Of a stretch of DNA of 22,349 bases, positions 21,348 through 22,349 are shown in pieces. This DNA is from Chlorokybus atmophyticus (taxonomy: Eukaryota; Plantae; Mesostigma and Chlorokybus algae), in the NCBI GenBank assembly GCA_009103225.1, contig RHPI01000810.1, positions 1,232,391 through 1,254,739 of the forward strand. Reading direction: 5' to 3'. The position numbers and the translations under genes were made by a program. Position 1 is the first letter of the stretch. Each line of letters opens with the position of its first letter. The notes under the pieces are model-generated. The model did no database searches, had not been told where the DNA came from, and saw only the letters and a program-made list of their open reading frames with translations.

Positions 21348-22349
21348 CTATTCAACCTTCTTGGCCTTGCCCTTCTTGGCGGGGCAGTTCTTCGCAATGT
21401 GGCCCGGCTGGTGACAGACGTAACAGGTGCGAGCCGCAGCGGGTGTAGCACCACCAGCAGATGTGCCACCGGTCGGAGGCGTGTATGTCTTCGCTTTCTT
21501 TGCCGTGTGCGCACTCGGCTGAGGGTAACGCTTTCCTCCCACCCCGTGCGGCTTGGCCGCAACTGCCACATGTGCCTTTTCCTGCACCGCCGTGTCATCA
21601 TTGTACAGGTACACGCTCAGCTTCTGCAGCTGGGCCAAGTCCTTAGGAACCCAAGGAAGTCCCGTTGCCGTGTTGTACTGCAGCTGATCGCGCACACGCG
21701 CATCCAAGCCGCGCTTGTACAACTCAAACTGCTCAGCCTTGTCCATGGGCATGAGGCCACTGTTCACGCGGCCCACCAACGCTTGGAACTCCTGCAGATA
21801 GACTGAAGCCGTTCTGCCATTCTGTCGCAGCTTGTTGAGCTTGTTGCGAGCCTGAGTAGCTGGATCCATGCCACCATAGCGCTCCACAAGGAACTTGAAT
21901 AGTGCCTCCACTGTCTTAGTTGCACCATCCTCTGTCTGCCTCGCCCACTCGGCGAGAGCGTCAGATGGCATGAGCAACTCAGCAACAGCAATGTGCTCAC
22001 CAACTGGGCGCTTCAGTGCTGTCAAATAGTGCTCAACAGTAACCACCCAATCATGGATGCTGACACTGCCGTTGGGCTTGAACTTCTCAGGCTTGTTCAG
22101 TGCTGTAACCGGCAGCCCCGCTGATGCACCAGCTGCTGAAGTAGCACCCGCCACCTGTTGGCGCAGCGCCACCAACTCAGACTGCATAGCATCAAGGCGT
22201 GCCGTCAACTGCACTCGGCCAGTCAACTTGTCTTCCAAGTTAGGTCCCAAGTACCAGAACACGTCCTTGCAACGCTGTGAGGTTTCCACTCCCAAGTTGG
22301 CCAAAGCCTCAAACGCCATTCGCTTGCCTTGGTAAGGGAGAGGCTTATC
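21348..22349 (-). CDS. gag: Gag of the older chromovirus (first ATG in window 22319; frame stays open to the window edge)
   Basis: LNKPEKFKPNG..IHDWV capsid-type motif, ARNKLNKLRQ, YKRGL, zinc knuckle CYVCHQPGHIAKNC, TAG stop. Confidence 0.92.
   Translation of the reverse strand, partial: DKPLPYQGKRMAFEALANLGVETSQRCKDVFWYLGPNLEDKLTGRVQLTARLDAMQSELVALRQQVAGATSAAGASAGLPVTALNKPEKFKPNGSVSIHDWVVTVEHYLTALKRPVGEHIAVAELLMPSDALAEWARQTEDGATKTVEALFKFLVERYGGMDPATQARNKLNKLRQNGRTASVYLQEFQALVGRVNSGLMPMDKAEQFELYKRGLDARVRDQLQYNTATGLPWVPKDLAQLQKLSVYLYNDDTAVQEKAHVAVAAKPHGVGGKRYPQPSAHTAKKAKTYTPPTGGTSAGGATPAAARTCYVCHQPGHIAKNCPAKKGKAKKVE

Noticed and set aside
14607-22335. Plus-strand ORFs opposite gag and pol (for example 16765-17238, 21072-21806, 20382-20699)
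   Set aside because: Antisense shadows of GC-rich coding sequence with no recognisable motifs.

Overview
Eukaryotic, transposon-dense window, probably from a chlorophyte green alga. That host is inferred from GT-AG introns, TGTAA motifs downstream of a stop codon, tRNA-iMet-primed chromoviruses and roughly 50% GC. From about 8.3 kb to the end it is a three-level nest, all on the minus strand. (1) A decayed piggyBac-like DNA transposon (about 8266-11235) has a recognisable DDD core and C-terminal Cys-rich domain, and its transposase is split by two spliceosomal introns filled with tandem repeats. (2) An older Ty3/Gypsy chromovirus abuts it from 11236 and runs past the window edge. It has a putative short, highly structured 3' LTR, a disrupted pol, gag and pol separated only by one in-frame TAG, and an unexplained ~140-aa region before the protease. 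(3) A young full-length chromovirus (13842-19889) is inserted in the RT of the older one. It has 672/671-bp LTRs about 99% identical, a CTGCC TSD, PBS, PPT, open gag and pol, and a predicted -1 frameshift signal with pseudoknot. Positions 1-8.2 kb contain no long ORF. They carry scattered exon-like, Cys/His-rich fragments on the minus strand (an unidentified decayed spliced gene, possibly Mutator-like) and a small hairpin/tandem repeat. No rRNA, tRNA or CRISPR array was seen. All calls come from reading the sequence by eye; no searches were run.
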